NCBI GenBank assembly: GCA_965226585.1
Contig: OZ245366.1
Coordinates: 192,001 to 256,000 of the forward strand
Direction of reading: 5' to 3'
DNA from: Thermodesulfobacteriota bacterium
GTDB taxonomy: Bacteria; Desulfobacterota_D; UBA1144; Nemesobacterales; Mycalebacteriaceae
DNA length: 64,000 bases
Under the pieces are notes generated by a model. It worked only from the letters and a program-made list of their open reading frames with translations, was not told the origin of the DNA and made no database searches. Of this stretch, positions 10,577 through 22,408 are shown piece after piece; within the stretch, counting starts at the first letter, position 1, and each line of letters opens with the position of its first letter. Both the position numbers and the translations under genes were made by a program.

Positions 10577-13500
10577 AGCCGCGCGGCGCAAAGCGTCTGC
10601 CGCAGAGCGGCGGGAAATGTGCGTAGAGAGAAAAATTCTGGCGTCATCAAGAAGTATGTAGAGCATCGGTATGATGAACAGCAGAATGACGGTTCCGAAA
10701 AGAAGACCGAAGCCGAGCGCGATCGCCATCGGGGCAAGGAAAGCGGTTTCGCCGCGAGTCTGATACATAAGGGTGGAAAGCCCGCCGAATGTCGTGAGAG
10801 AGGTGATGATGATGGGTCTGAAGCGGTACTTCGTGGCAACCGCGACCGCGAAGATGCGCCTCATCGTGCGCTTTCTGCGGTTTATAAAGTCCATAAGAAC
10901 AAGGCTGTCATTCACAACAACGCCCATAAGAGCCACCGTGCCGATAATCGCCGGAAGCGTGAACGGCTCAACTCTCAGCAGAACCCCGATGAGAACTCCC
11001 ACAAGGGCGAAAGGCATCACGCTCATTATGATGAAGGGCTGGGTGTACGAGTTGAGAATGGAGGCGAGGATTATGTATATCAGCATAAACGCGATGAGCG
11101 ATGCCCTGATGATGTCTTGCAGAGCGGCTTGAAAATCCTCCGCCTCTCCGCCGAGGTCAAACGAATATCCGGGATAGCTTTTTATGACGCCTGAGAGAAA
11201 ATCCCCCACTTCCGCGTTTGCCTTGTTTGAGGTTATTATCCCCTGATCCACCTCTGCGGAAACGGTTGCCGTTCTGTTGTAGTTGACCCTTCTGATGTCA
11301 AGAAGGGCGGGCTGAATATCAACATCCGCCACGTTTCCGAGCGAAACCCATCCGCCCGTGTCAGACTTTATCTGGTGCGTGTTCAGAAGGGAGGAAACAT
11401 CGGACGGAGGACCTCTGTACCTGAGTTTGATTGCGGCCTCCTCTTTTCCAACTCTGGTGAGAGCGGCTTCAAGACCGTCTCCGAGAGCCCGCACCTCTCT
11501 GGCTATCTTCGCGGTATCAAGACCGAAATCCGCCGCCTTTTTCTCGTCCACCCTCAGGTTCACCTCTTTCTTGCCCGGCAGAAGGTCGCTGCTTACGCCG
11601 AAAACCCCCCGGATGCCGGAAAGATGCTGTTCGGTGAGAGTGGCAATTTCTCTCAAAACATCCATGTTGGGCCCGTATATCCGCACCTTCACGGGCTTGC
11701 CAACCGGCGGCCCCACGTCTATCACAAAGTCTGTGAGGGCGGGCGCGGCAACAGAGGCGGCAACCTTTTCTCTGACTCTGTTCATAACCTCCTTGCCGTT
11801 TTCCGAACGCTTTTCGTAATCTTCGTACTCAACAACAATGGTTGCCAGATGGTCGCCCGTTGTGGTTATGTCTCCGCCGGCGGAATCTATACCGACAACC
11901 GACAGTATGTTTTTCAAGACGTGCGGGGGAACTTCGCTCTTTGCTATCTTCTCTATCTTCCTCACAGACTCTTCGGTGTAGTCAAGATTTGCCTGCGCGG
12001 GCATTCTCACGCGCACGAGAAACTCAACCGTGTCGCGCACGTAGAAAATAACAACCGGCATTCTTGACGCGATTGCCATAGACACAAACAAAAGCGCCAT
12101 CATAACGCCCATAACCGCGTACCGTTTTCTGAGGCAGAAAACCAGACCCTTCATATAGACCGAGCGCATCGCTATCACCCACTTGCGCGACTGCTCCCTC
12201 GCCACCGGTTTGAGGTGTTCGGCGCAGTGTGAAGGCATTATCAGAAACGCTTCAAGAAGCGAAACAATGAGGGCGAATATGGCAACCTGCGGAATGATTG
12301 AGAGGAACTTCCCTATAAGGCCGCCGGCAACAAGAAGCGGCATAAACGCCGCGAGATTTGTCAGCACGGTCGCCATAACGGGAACCGCCACCTCCCTTGT
12401 GCCTTCAAGGGCGGCGCGGGCGGGCTCAACTCCGGCGGTAATGTAGCGCTGTACGTTCTCCACAACCACAACGGCGTCGTCAACCACTATGCCGATAACA
12501 AGCACCATTCCGAACATGGAGATAAGGTTCAGCGTGAGACCGGCGAACTTCATAAGCACCAGCGCGCCGAAAAAAGACACCGGTATTCCAACCGCGCAAA
12601 TTATGGCGGCGCGAGGATTGAGAAACAGCGCGAGCACGATAAGGACAAGGGCGAGACCGATGGAGCCGCTTTTGAGCATCGTGGAAAAACGCTTCTGCGC
12701 GTAAACGGAGTTGTCGCTTGTGATAAAAACCTCAATCCCTTCGGGAAATCCGGAGCGGGATTTTTCTATCTCCCTGTTTATCCTCTCAACGGTTTTTATC
12801 GCGTGAATGTCTTTCTGTTTGCTGATAAGAAAAGAGATTGCCGGCTTTCCGTTTATCCTTGAGCGCGTAACCTCTTTCTCGGTTCCGAGTCTCACTTTCG
12901 CCACCTGACTCAAAAGCACTTGAGTTTTTCCGGCTTTGAGCGGAACGGAAAGAATCTCGCTCTCTGAACGCATCTTTCCCCTTGTTCGTATCAGATACTC
13001 AAAATCGCCCTGTCTCAACTTTCCGCCGGGCAGGTCTATGTTTCTTCCCGCAATCGCGTCCTTCACCTCTTTTATTGATATGTTGTGCTGGCGCAGTTTC
13101 AGCGGGTCTATGTTGACCCAGAAAACCGGGTCGCTGAGCCCCGAAGTGGTGAGCGACCCAACCCCTTTTACGAGCCGCAGTTTGTCTCTGAGTTTTAGGG
13201 CGTGCTGTCTGAGGACAAGCGGGTCAATGTCTCCCCCGATGGAAACGTTGATAAGAGGAAAGTTCGGTTCAAGCTCTTTGACAACCGGGGCTTCGCTGTC
13301 TTCGGGAAGGCGGTCGTGAATGGCGGACACTCGCGAATCTATGTCCTGGGCGGCTCTTGCGGGATCCTCTCCGGGACGCAGTTCAACAACTATCACCGAA
13401 GAGCCCTCGGACGAAACGGAGTTCACCCTGTCTATTGATGAGAGATCGTTTATCTCCTCCTCTATGGGAACCGTGATAAGACGCTCAACATCTTCGGCGG

Positions 13501-13663
13501 TCGCGCCCTGATACGAAGTGCGGATAACAACGGTCTCAAGGCCGACCGAGGGAAAAGTTTCAAGCGGCAGGGAAAGGTAGATTAAAAATCCCGAAATTAT
13601 CACCCCCGCCATAAGGAGGTTGGAAAAAACGGGATTTCGGACTGAGAAACCTATCAGGTTCAT
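10538..13663 (-). CDS. RND efflux transporter permease (AcrB/AcrD/AcrF family)
   Basis: 1041 aa, GIVVDDAVVVVEN, RFRPIIITSLTT; two large periplasmic loops. Confidence 0.95.
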   Translation of the reverse strand: MNLIGFSVRNPVFSNLLMAGVIISGFLIYLSLPLETFPSVGLETVVIRTSYQGATAEDVERLITVPIEEEINDLSSIDRVNSVSSEGSSVIVVELRPGEDPARAAQDIDSRVSAIHDRLPEDSEAPVVKELEPNFPLINVSIGGDIDPLVLRQHALKLRDKLRLVKGVGSLTTSGLSDPVFWVNIDPLKLRQHNISIKEVKDAIAGRNIDLPGGKLRQGDFEYLIRTRGKMRSESEILSVPLKAGKTQVLLSQVAKVRLGTEKEVTRSRINGKPAISFLISKQKDIHAIKTVERINREIEKSRSGFPEGIEVFITSDNSVYAQKRFSTMLKSGSIGLALVLIVLALFLNPRAAIICAVGIPVSFFGALVLMKFAGLTLNLISMFGMVLVIGIVVDDAVVVVENVQRYITAGVEPARAALEGTREVAVPVMATVLTNLAAFMPLLVAGGLIGKFLSIIPQVAIFALIVSLLEAFLIMPSHCAEHLKPVAREQSRKWVIAMRSVYMKGLVFCLRKRYAVMGVMMALLFVSMAIASRMPVVIFYVRDTVEFLVRVRMPAQANLDYTEESVRKIEKIAKSEVPPHVLKNILSVVGIDSAGGDITTTGDHLATIVVEYEDYEKRSENGKEVMNRVREKVAASVAAPALTDFVIDVGPPVGKPVKVRIYGPNMDVLREIATLTEQHLSGIRGVFGVSSDLLPGKKEVNLRVDEKKAADFGLDTAKIAREVRALGDGLEAALTRVGKEEAAIKLRYRGPPSDVSSLLNTHQIKSDTGGWVSLGNVADVDIQPALLDIRRVNYNRTATVSAEVDQGIITSNKANAEVGDFLSGVIKSYPGYSFDLGGEAEDFQAALQDIIRASLIAFMLIYIILASILNSYTQPFIIMSVMPFALVGVLIGVLLRVEPFTLPAIIGTVALMGVVVNDSLVLMDFINRRKRTMRRIFAVAVATKYRFRPIIITSLTTFGGLSTLMYQTRGETAFLAPMAIALGFGLLFGTVILLFIIPMLYILLDDARIFLSTHISRRSAADALRRAASLPSALRARPRD

Positions 13664-13664
13664 G

Positions 13665-14801
13665 CTAACGGTCTTTCAAAATCTCCACCTCGCTTCCTTC
13701 GCTGAGGCGGGAGTTTCCCTCCGTAACTATGCGCGAGCCCGGAGGAAACACGGACGCGGAAACCGCAACGGTTGACGAATCTATCCGCACCGGGTTTTCA
13801 GGAATGTCTATCCTCTGCGACCTTCCGCCGGAGACAACAAAAACAAACGGCTTTTTGTTGTCGTAAAGCAGAGCCGTTACCGGAACGCTCACAACGCCCG
13901 TAAGCAGGCCTGACTGAACTTTCAAATTGACAAACTCGCCCGACCACAGCGTCTCTCCGCCCGCGCCGCTGTCCACCGAAACTTCAAGCGAGTAGGTTGT
14001 GCCGCCGGAATCCGCTTCGGTGCTCACGCCCCTCACGGTTCCCTCAGCCGTCTGTTTTCCCTCAGGCGTTTTATACTCAATCACAACCTTCGCGCCGCGC
14101 TTTGTTCTTTTGGCGACCGAAGAGTCAACACCGGCAACTATGTGGTTCTTCCGTTCGCCCGCCACCCTCGCGACCTCTTCGCCCTTGGCAACCTCCTGCC
14201 CCGGGTCGGGAACTATCTCAACAATCCTCCCCGAAAGCGGGGAGCGAATCTTTGTGCGTTCGTAATTCCATTTGGCTTTTTTATATGACGCCTCAAAAAC
14301 CTCCAGTTGCGATGACGCTCTGAGGCGTTTGTTGTTCGCCGAATCAAGTTCATCCTGCGACACGACTCCTTTTCCAAAAAGCCGTTTGTATTGATTGTAT
14401 TTTCTGTCCGCCTCGTCAAAGTCCGACTGCGCCGTATGAAAAAGCCCCTCCGCCTCTCCAAGCTCAAAGGCGCGCACGCTGTCTTCAAGAACCATAAGTA
14501 TGTCGCCTTTCGAAACGCCGTCTCCGCGCCGCTTTTCTATGCCGGAGACAAAGCCGTCCGCCCCTGAAAACACCCTTACGCTCTGGTCGCCTTCAACCCT
14601 TCCGAGAACCGTGTCATACAGCCGCACCTCACCCGCCAGAACCTGCACAGCCCTTACGGGAACGGGCTGTTGAGTGTCAATGCCTGATGAGCGCGAGAAC
14701 ACAAATCTGAAATAGAGAAGGAATATCAGGGCGAGGAAAATCCCGACCATCCAGTAAAACTTTCTCCACTGCTTTCCGTAATCTTTTTCTGTCTGCGACA
14801 T
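13665..14801 (-). CDS. RND periplasmic adaptor (membrane fusion protein)
   Basis: N-terminal TM helix, lipoyl-like half motifs (GDGVSKGDIL, IRSPLSGRI) and a coiled hairpin; adjacent to the RND permease. Confidence 0.92.
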   Translation of the reverse strand: MSQTEKDYGKQWRKFYWMVGIFLALIFLLYFRFVFSRSSGIDTQQPVPVRAVQVLAGEVRLYDTVLGRVEGDQSVRVFSGADGFVSGIEKRRGDGVSKGDILMVLEDSVRAFELGEAEGLFHTAQSDFDEADRKYNQYKRLFGKGVVSQDELDSANNKRLRASSQLEVFEASYKKAKWNYERTKIRSPLSGRIVEIVPDPGQEVAKGEEVARVAGERKNHIVAGVDSSVAKRTKRGAKVVIEYKTPEGKQTAEGTVRGVSTEADSGGTTYSLEVSVDSGAGGETLWSGEFVNLKVQSGLLTGVVSVPVTALLYDNKKPFVFVVSGGRSQRIDIPENPVRIDSSTVAVSASVFPPGSRIVTEGNSRLSEGSEVEILKDR

Positions 14802-14950
14802 AGTGGTCCTCTTGCGAGTTTGCTCCGGAGCAAACGCCCGGCGAAAATCCGCCCGCGGCATTCTTTATTTTACACTCATAAATCAGGGTTGAAATCAAGA
14901 TTTGTTTATAATACAATCGCCCAAACACAAGTAGTCACGGGAGGTTCACT

Positions 14951-15229
14951 ATGACTAAGTCTGATATCGCATCTCATCTGGCCGACGCATGCGGGGTTTC
15001 CAAAAAAACCGCAACAGAGATTCTTGACGAACTCGCGCAGGTCACATACAGGGAAACAAAGAAGTCGAAAGATTTCACTTTCCCCGGTCTCGGCAAGTTT
15101 GTCGTTGCCAAACGCAAAGCGCGCATGGGGCGCAACCCCGCCACCGGCAAGGAGATAAAAATCCCTGCGAAGAACGTGGTGAAGTTCAAAGTGGCGAAAG
15201 CCTGCAAAGACGCAGTAGTTGGCGGCTGA
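14951..15229 (+). CDS. hup: HU family DNA-binding protein
   Basis: MTKSDI, PGLGKF, ARMGRNPATG, VVKFK; GGAGG RBS upstream. Confidence 0.95.
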   Translation: MTKSDIASHLADACGVSKKTATEILDELAQVTYRETKKSKDFTFPGLGKFVVAKRKARMGRNPATGKEIKIPAKNVVKFKVAKACKDAVVGG

Positions 15230-15256
15230 GGCAACCACTACGACAGAAAAATAAAG

Positions 15257-15286
15257 AAACCGGAACGTAAAACTTCCGGTTTTTTT
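15257..15286 (+). terminator. Intrinsic terminator, probably bidirectional, between convergent genes
   Basis: AAACCGGAA-loop-TTCCGGTTT followed by a T run, with an A-rich tract on the other side. Confidence 0.75.
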
Positions 15287-16043
15287 ATTTCATTTTTTCA
15301 GGCGACAGGGTGAAGATTATCTTCTCCCTCTCTGCCGTTTTCATTTCGGCAATCAGTTCACCGCTAGCGGCGAATTTTTCCGCCCGTGTGCGGCGGAACG
15401 CAGTTTCAAAACTCAAGCTTTCATCGCGGGCAAAGGGCCAAGGGGAAATCCCGAAGGCATTTTCCCCCGTCATTTGAAGGCGCACGGTTGTCTCCCCGCT
15501 TTTTTCAAGGGGCACTTGCCCAACTTCAAAAGTTTCCCATCCGTGGCAAAGCGCGAGGGAAATGGCGTCTCCCGTCCGGAGCAATTTCAGGTTTTTTTGA
15601 GTTTGCGCGCAAAGGCGGGAAACGCTTGAGACACCGAGCGTTTTTTTGACGAGGTTTTCTATTTCATCTTTGAGCGAGAGAGACCACTTGTTCGGCTTGC
15701 GCGAAAGCACGCGCTCGTTGAATTTGTTGAAATGGAGCGCGATAAGAGCCGCCGCCCATGGGTTTGCGCCCGCGTGTTTCTCAAATGACCGCCGCCATAT
15801 CTCCGTCTGGCGGGGCGGGGAGATTTCCGTAAAGTCTTCCGGCTCGCCGCGCGGGTTGAGAGACGGGCTTGCGTCTGTTTCCTTCCATCCGCAGTCGTGT
15901 TCCGATATGGCGAAAAGCAGTTCATCCGGCGGGTCGGGAAAGAAAAACCGTCCGCCCCACAAACTCATTATCTCCGCTGAAAGCCGAGCGTGGTCGTCTT
16001 GTGTGAACAAAAGCCACCCGCCGCCGTGCTTTCTGCGAATCAT
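15285..16043 (-). CDS. DUF3891-like protein (HD-like motifs)
   Basis: MIRR...QDDHARLS, EHDCGWKETD, AAALIALH, DAISLALC, PWPF pattern. Confidence 0.75.
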   Translation of the reverse strand: MIRRKHGGGWLLFTQDDHARLSAEIMSLWGGRFFFPDPPDELLFAISEHDCGWKETDASPSLNPRGEPEDFTEISPPRQTEIWRRSFEKHAGANPWAAALIALHFNKFNERVLSRKPNKWSLSLKDEIENLVKKTLGVSSVSRLCAQTQKNLKLLRTGDAISLALCHGWETFEVGQVPLEKSGETTVRLQMTGENAFGISPWPFARDESLSFETAFRRTRAEKFAASGELIAEMKTAEREKIIFTLSPEKMK

Positions 16044-16132
16044 AGTCCGCAAGGATAACACAGCGCCGCCGCCCTGAAATACCGCCTGATGAGGAAACTC
16101 AAAATCTTTCCGCTCAAAGCGGGCATAATACG

Positions 16133-16786
16133 GTGGTTATGGCGGAAAGCTCGGTTAAAACCCGAATTATAGGCGCGGCGGAAGAGCGGGCGGAGGAAAT
16201 CGCGGCGGAAACCGTTTTTGCGGGCGGAGTAATTGTCTATCCCACCGAAACGCTTTACGGAATAGGCGGTCTCGCTCTGGACAGGGGCGTGGCGCGCAGG
16301 GTGTCAGATATAAAGCGGAGACCGCCGGACAAACCGCTTTCCGTTCTGGTGAAAAACACTGAGATGCTTTCCCGCTACTTCCAAATCACGGAAAAACAGA
16401 CAGACGCCATCAAAAAAATCCTTCCTCTGCCCGTAACAGTTGTTCTGAACGCCGCAGAGGGGGTGCAATTCCCGCCCGAAGTGTCAAACAACGGGCAGAC
16501 CGCCGCGAGAGTGTCGTGCGGGGAGTTTGTCGGCAAACTCTTCAGCCTGCTTGACGAGCCGCTCATTTCATCCAGCGCGAACATAAGCGGCTCAGCAAAT
16601 ATATCAAACGGCTCAGAGGCGGAGAAGATTTTCGGCGGCAAGGTTGAACTAATAGTTGATTCCGGTAATCTACCGCCATCACAAGGCTCGGCGATAATAA
16701 ATCTGACCGGAAAAAAACCCGGTGTGTTGCGCGGGGGCGATATTGAGCCCGAAAAATTGAGTGATTTTTTGAAATGGCTGTCGTAA
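16133..16786 (+). CDS. tsaC: L-threonylcarbamoyladenylate synthase (Sua5/YrdC/TsaC)
   Basis: YPTETLYGIG, KRRPPDKPL, SSANISG. Confidence 0.92.
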   Translation: MVMAESSVKTRIIGAAEERAEEIAAETVFAGGVIVYPTETLYGIGGLALDRGVARRVSDIKRRPPDKPLSVLVKNTEMLSRYFQITEKQTDAIKKILPLPVTVVLNAAEGVQFPPEVSNNGQTAARVSCGEFVGKLFSLLDEPLISSSANISGSANISNGSEAEKIFGGKVELIVDSGNLPPSQGSAIINLTGKKPGVLRGGDIEPEKLSDFLKWLS

Positions 16787-17994
16787 AAGGTTTTCGGGGA
16801 ATTCTCTATAACACGGAAAAAACGGGTGATATTTCCCGTCTGGTCGCCCCGCCTTATGACGTGATAAATACCGAAGAGCAAAACGCTCTGTACGAAAAAC
16901 ATCCTTTCAACTGCGTGCGGCTTATTCTCTCGCGGGAGCCGGGAGAAAAACGCTACGCGGACTCCGCGAAAACTCTCAAAAACTGGCTGGATGAAGAAAT
17001 TCTCCGCATGGACGAAAAACCGGCGATTTACGGATATTTGCAGGAGTTTGAATTCGGCGGAAAACATTTTACGAGAAAGGGCTTCATAGCGCGGGTGAAA
17101 ATAGAAGACTTTGAAAGCGGCGTGATTCTTCCGCATGAAAAAACCTTCAAAAAACACAAAGACGACCGCCTTAAACTGACATCCGCTTGCGAAGCGAATT
17201 TGAGTCAGGTTTTTTCAATTTATTCAGACCCCGGAGGGGATGTTGAGAAAACCCTTTCCGGCGCGGCGGAAAAGCCGTTTGCGGAAATAGATTTCGGGGG
17301 AATAAAAAACACTCTCTGGAGGGTGAACAGTCCGCAAGCCCTTGAGCGCGTGGGCGATTTAATGGCTGATAAAAAACTTCTTATCGCAGACGGTCACCAC
17401 CGCTATGAAACGGCGATAAATTACAGAAACATTTGCAGGGGCGAAAACAAACCCGGAGATTCCCACGAATATGTGATGATGTTTCTCTCAGGCGCGGAAT
17501 CAGACGGTCTTATAGTTGAGCCGACTCACAGAGGGGTGAAAAACTTTCACGGCGTATCTGCGGAAGAACTCGCCCTGAATTTGAAAAAAGAGTTTGACTG
17601 CGAAGAAACGCGCGCGGAAAACTGTGATGAAATACGGCGCGACCAGTCAGTTTTTGTTTATGACGGCGGAAAAAAGGCGGTTATTTTTTCCCCAAAAAAC
17701 AGCGGGGAAAACTATATGACCATGGGCGTTGTAACCTTGCAGGATAAAGTGATAGGGGAAATTATTGAAAAAGAAATGAAAGGCGAGCCTCCTGAAATCA
17801 CCTACATAAAATCACGCGGTGAAATGCTCAATCTTATAAAAAGCGGTGAGTGCGAAGCCGGTTTCATAATGCCGCGCCCGCTTATAAGGGATATTATGGA
17901 CGCCTCGGAAAAAGGCGTGAGAATGCCGCAAAAAACAACATATTTTTATCCTAAAATTCTTTCGGGCATTGTTATAAATCCGCTCAGGGATTAA
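16774..17994 (+). CDS. DUF1015 family protein
   Basis: [36 protein letters not shown]. Confidence 0.9.
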   Translation: MAVVKGFRGILYNTEKTGDISRLVAPPYDVINTEEQNALYEKHPFNCVRLILSREPGEKRYADSAKTLKNWLDEEILRMDEKPAIYGYLQEFEFGGKHFTRKGFIARVKIEDFESGVILPHEKTFKKHKDDRLKLTSACEANLSQVFSIYSDPGGDVEKTLSGAAEKPFAEIDFGGIKNTLWRVNSPQALERVGDLMADKKLLIADGHHRYETAINYRNICRGENKPGDSHEYVMMFLSGAESDGLIVEPTHRGVKNFHGVSAEELALNLKKEFDCEETRAENCDEIRRDQSVFVYDGGKKAVIFSPKNSGENYMTMGVVTLQDKVIGEIIEKEMKGEPPEITYIKSRGEMLNLIKSGECEAGFIMPRPLIRDIMDASEKGVRMPQKTTYFYPKILSGIVINPLRD

Positions 17995-18010
17995 AATAAC
18001 CTGTGGCAAA

Positions 18011-19807
<1,797 letters not shown>

Positions 19808-19819
19808 GGAATTCCTGAA

Positions 19820-20560
19820 ATGAAAAAAGAAATAGTCACAAAACTCAAGAAAGTCGGAAAAACCGTGGATAAAGACAGGGAGTTTCCCACCGATGGGTGT
19901 AAAGAAGCCGGAAAATTGGTTGAGAATTTGAAGGAATACCCTCATGCATTCGTCATAGGTTGTATTCTCGACAGGCAAGTTAAAGCAGAAGTGGCCTGGT
20001 TGGGTCCCGTGAGAATCCAAAAAAGAGTTGGCAACTTCAGGTTTCAGACATTGAAAAACCTTTCAGAGTCTGAGTGGAAAGCGATTTTCAACAAACCTCC
20101 AAAAATTCACCGATTCACCGATCAAATGGCGAGTCTAACTTATAAAGCAGTCCAACGCATCGCCGACACATACAAAAACGACGCCTCAAATATATGGACA
20201 GGTAATATTTCAAGTGGAGAAATTATATGCCGCTTTCTGGAGTTTGAGGGAATTGGAAAGAAAATCGCCGCAATGGCAACAAAGATTTTGAGGATCACTT
20301 TCGGAACAAAGATGTCCAGTTACAGTGCGATTGATGTTGCCATAGACGTTCATGTTAAAAGGGTCTTTTACAGGTTGGGGCTTATTCCTAAAGAGGACGG
20401 AGATATGGCAATTTACACGGCGCGCGATTTAAATCCTGAGTTTCCAGGAATTTTGGACACTCCTGTCTGGCATATAGGACGCGAATGGTGCAAAGCACAA
20501 AACCCTGACTGCAAAACCTGCCCTATGAATAAACTGTGTATTAAACAAGGCGTTAGTTAA
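19820..20560 (+). CDS. HhH-GPD family DNA glycosylase (endonuclease III-like) with C-terminal 4Fe-4S loop
   Basis: GIGKKIA HhH with lysine, IDVHVKRV with catalytic Asp, C-x6-C-x2-C-x5-C (CKAQNPDCKTCPMNKLC); more AT-rich than the core genes. Confidence 0.85.
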   Translation: MKKEIVTKLKKVGKTVDKDREFPTDGCKEAGKLVENLKEYPHAFVIGCILDRQVKAEVAWLGPVRIQKRVGNFRFQTLKNLSESEWKAIFNKPPKIHRFTDQMASLTYKAVQRIADTYKNDASNIWTGNISSGEIICRFLEFEGIGKKIAAMATKILRITFGTKMSSYSAIDVAIDVHVKRVFYRLGLIPKEDGDMAIYTARDLNPEFPGILDTPVWHIGREWCKAQNPDCKTCPMNKLCIKQGVS

Positions 20561-20687
20561 ACACTCCTACTCAAAGCAGAAGCCGACAAGCATAAAAATT
20601 GCCAGAAGTCCTACGACGATTTTAATAGCCGCGCAGAAAAACTCTATCATTGCCACAAATATATGCCATTGCCCTCCTTTTCCCCTT

Positions 20688-22382
20688 TCAACCCTTCTTC
20701 ATCCTCTCTCTCATCGGTTCGGTAATAAAATAAGTTGCGGGGCTTATCGCGTCCGGGTCTGTGCGGATATTTACCACATACGGCTTTTTTGAAGCAACCG
20801 CCCTCTTTAACACTCCTTCAAGTTCTCCAAATTCCGCCACAAACTCCCCTTCTCCTCCCATTGCCACGGCGATTTTATGAAACGGAACCTCGCCAAGCAT
20901 AACGCCGTCAAGCGGGGCTTTTTCACCGTAGGTTATTCGTATCTGATTTCGCGTCATTCCCCATGACCCATCGTTGCAAACCACAATTACAACCGGCAAT
21001 TTGTGTCTAACCGCCGTTTCAAACTCCATAAAATTCATACCAAGTGCGCCGTCTCCTGTTATCAAAATTACGGTATTTTCAGGACGCGCCGCCTTTGCGC
21101 CGAGAGCAAACGGAAACCCCACGCCCATACAGCCGAGAGGCCCGCCCTTTACATAACCCGAAGGAATTTCCACACGGCAAACCGCATCCGTCCACGCCTG
21201 ACTGTCTCCCCCGTCGGGAACAAAAACCGTCTCCGGCGGGGCAATTTTATTTACCGCCTCAACAACCGAAACGGGATGAATCGCGCCCTTTTTTGTTGAA
21301 GCGTTTTTTTCAGCGAAAAACACCCGCGCCTTCTTTTCAGAAATCTTTTTTATTTCCGCAGTCCATTTGTCAAAAATCGGCGGCGACTTTTTCAACCTGC
21401 CGTTTAATTTTTCCAGCGCAAGTCGCGCATCAGAAACAACGGGAATATCAACATCCCTGTTTCTGCCCATTTCCGAGGGCTCAACATCTATCTGCGCTAT
21501 AAGGGCTTTTTTATTAAAGGTTTTTCCAAAACCCATAAAAACCCCCGCCCGGACACCAATAAGCAAAATAAAATCCGCCTTCGCGGTTGCTTCGGAAAAA
21601 CCAAAGGGCGATGACGGACTCGCGGGCCCAAAACAGAACGGGGAGGAATCAGCGATAATTCCCCTTCCAAGATGGAGAGTGAAAAAAGGAGCGCGAATAT
21701 TTTTTGCGAGTTTTGCGATTTCATCTCCCGCGCGGGAATAAAACGCGCCGCTTCCCGCTATAAAAACCGGCTTTTTCGCCGCTCTAACCGCCGCCGCAAG
21801 TTCATCCGTTAAACCCTCAGGCGGAGCGGGGTTTTCTATTTCAGACAGATACGGCTTTTCAACCTCGCGGGCGGAACAAAACGGATATAAAACCTCATAC
21901 GACATTCCAAGATACACGGGACCGGGTCTTCCGGTTTTTGCCGCCCGCCACGCATCCGACACATAGCGCGGAATTCTCGCGGTCTCATAAACAGTTCTCA
22001 CCCACTTTGCCACCGGACGCGCCATAGACTCCTGGTCTATCTCCTGAAGCGAAAGACGGTCGTTTTCCTCTATTCCAGATCTGCCGGAAATTACCACAAG
22101 CGGCGAATTGGCGAGCCGGGCAACCGCCATGCCGGTAAGGGTGTTGGTAAATCCGGGACCCGCTGTTACAAGACACACGGCGGGAGAGCCGGTTGCGCGG
22201 GCGTAAGCGTCTGCCGCCATTGCCGCGCCCTGCTCGTTATGTGTGTCAACAAGGCGTATTCCAATCTCCGCGCAAGCCTTGTAGACGGGATTTATATGCC
22301 CGCCGCCAAGCGTGAAAACATCTTTCACACCCAGTTTTTTGAGGGTTTCCGCGAGAAGCCTGCCTCCCTGTTTATCAGCCAT
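20688..22382 (-). CDS. Thiamine diphosphate-dependent enzyme (acetolactate synthase / 2-hydroxyacyl-CoA lyase family)
   Basis: HNEQGAAMAADAYAR, TAGPGFTN, LQEIDQ, GDGALG...NDGSWG ThDP motif. Confidence 0.9.
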   Translation of the reverse strand: MADKQGGRLLAETLKKLGVKDVFTLGGGHINPVYKACAEIGIRLVDTHNEQGAAMAADAYARATGSPAVCLVTAGPGFTNTLTGMAVARLANSPLVVISGRSGIEENDRLSLQEIDQESMARPVAKWVRTVYETARIPRYVSDAWRAAKTGRPGPVYLGMSYEVLYPFCSAREVEKPYLSEIENPAPPEGLTDELAAAVRAAKKPVFIAGSGAFYSRAGDEIAKLAKNIRAPFFTLHLGRGIIADSSPFCFGPASPSSPFGFSEATAKADFILLIGVRAGVFMGFGKTFNKKALIAQIDVEPSEMGRNRDVDIPVVSDARLALEKLNGRLKKSPPIFDKWTAEIKKISEKKARVFFAEKNASTKKGAIHPVSVVEAVNKIAPPETVFVPDGGDSQAWTDAVCRVEIPSGYVKGGPLGCMGVGFPFALGAKAARPENTVILITGDGALGMNFMEFETAVRHKLPVVIVVCNDGSWGMTRNQIRITYGEKAPLDGVMLGEVPFHKIAVAMGGEGEFVAEFGELEGVLKRAVASKKPYVVNIRTDPDAISPATYFITEPMRERMKKG

Positions 22383-22408
22383 GGTCAACTATTTTACTGA
22401 AAAAACTC

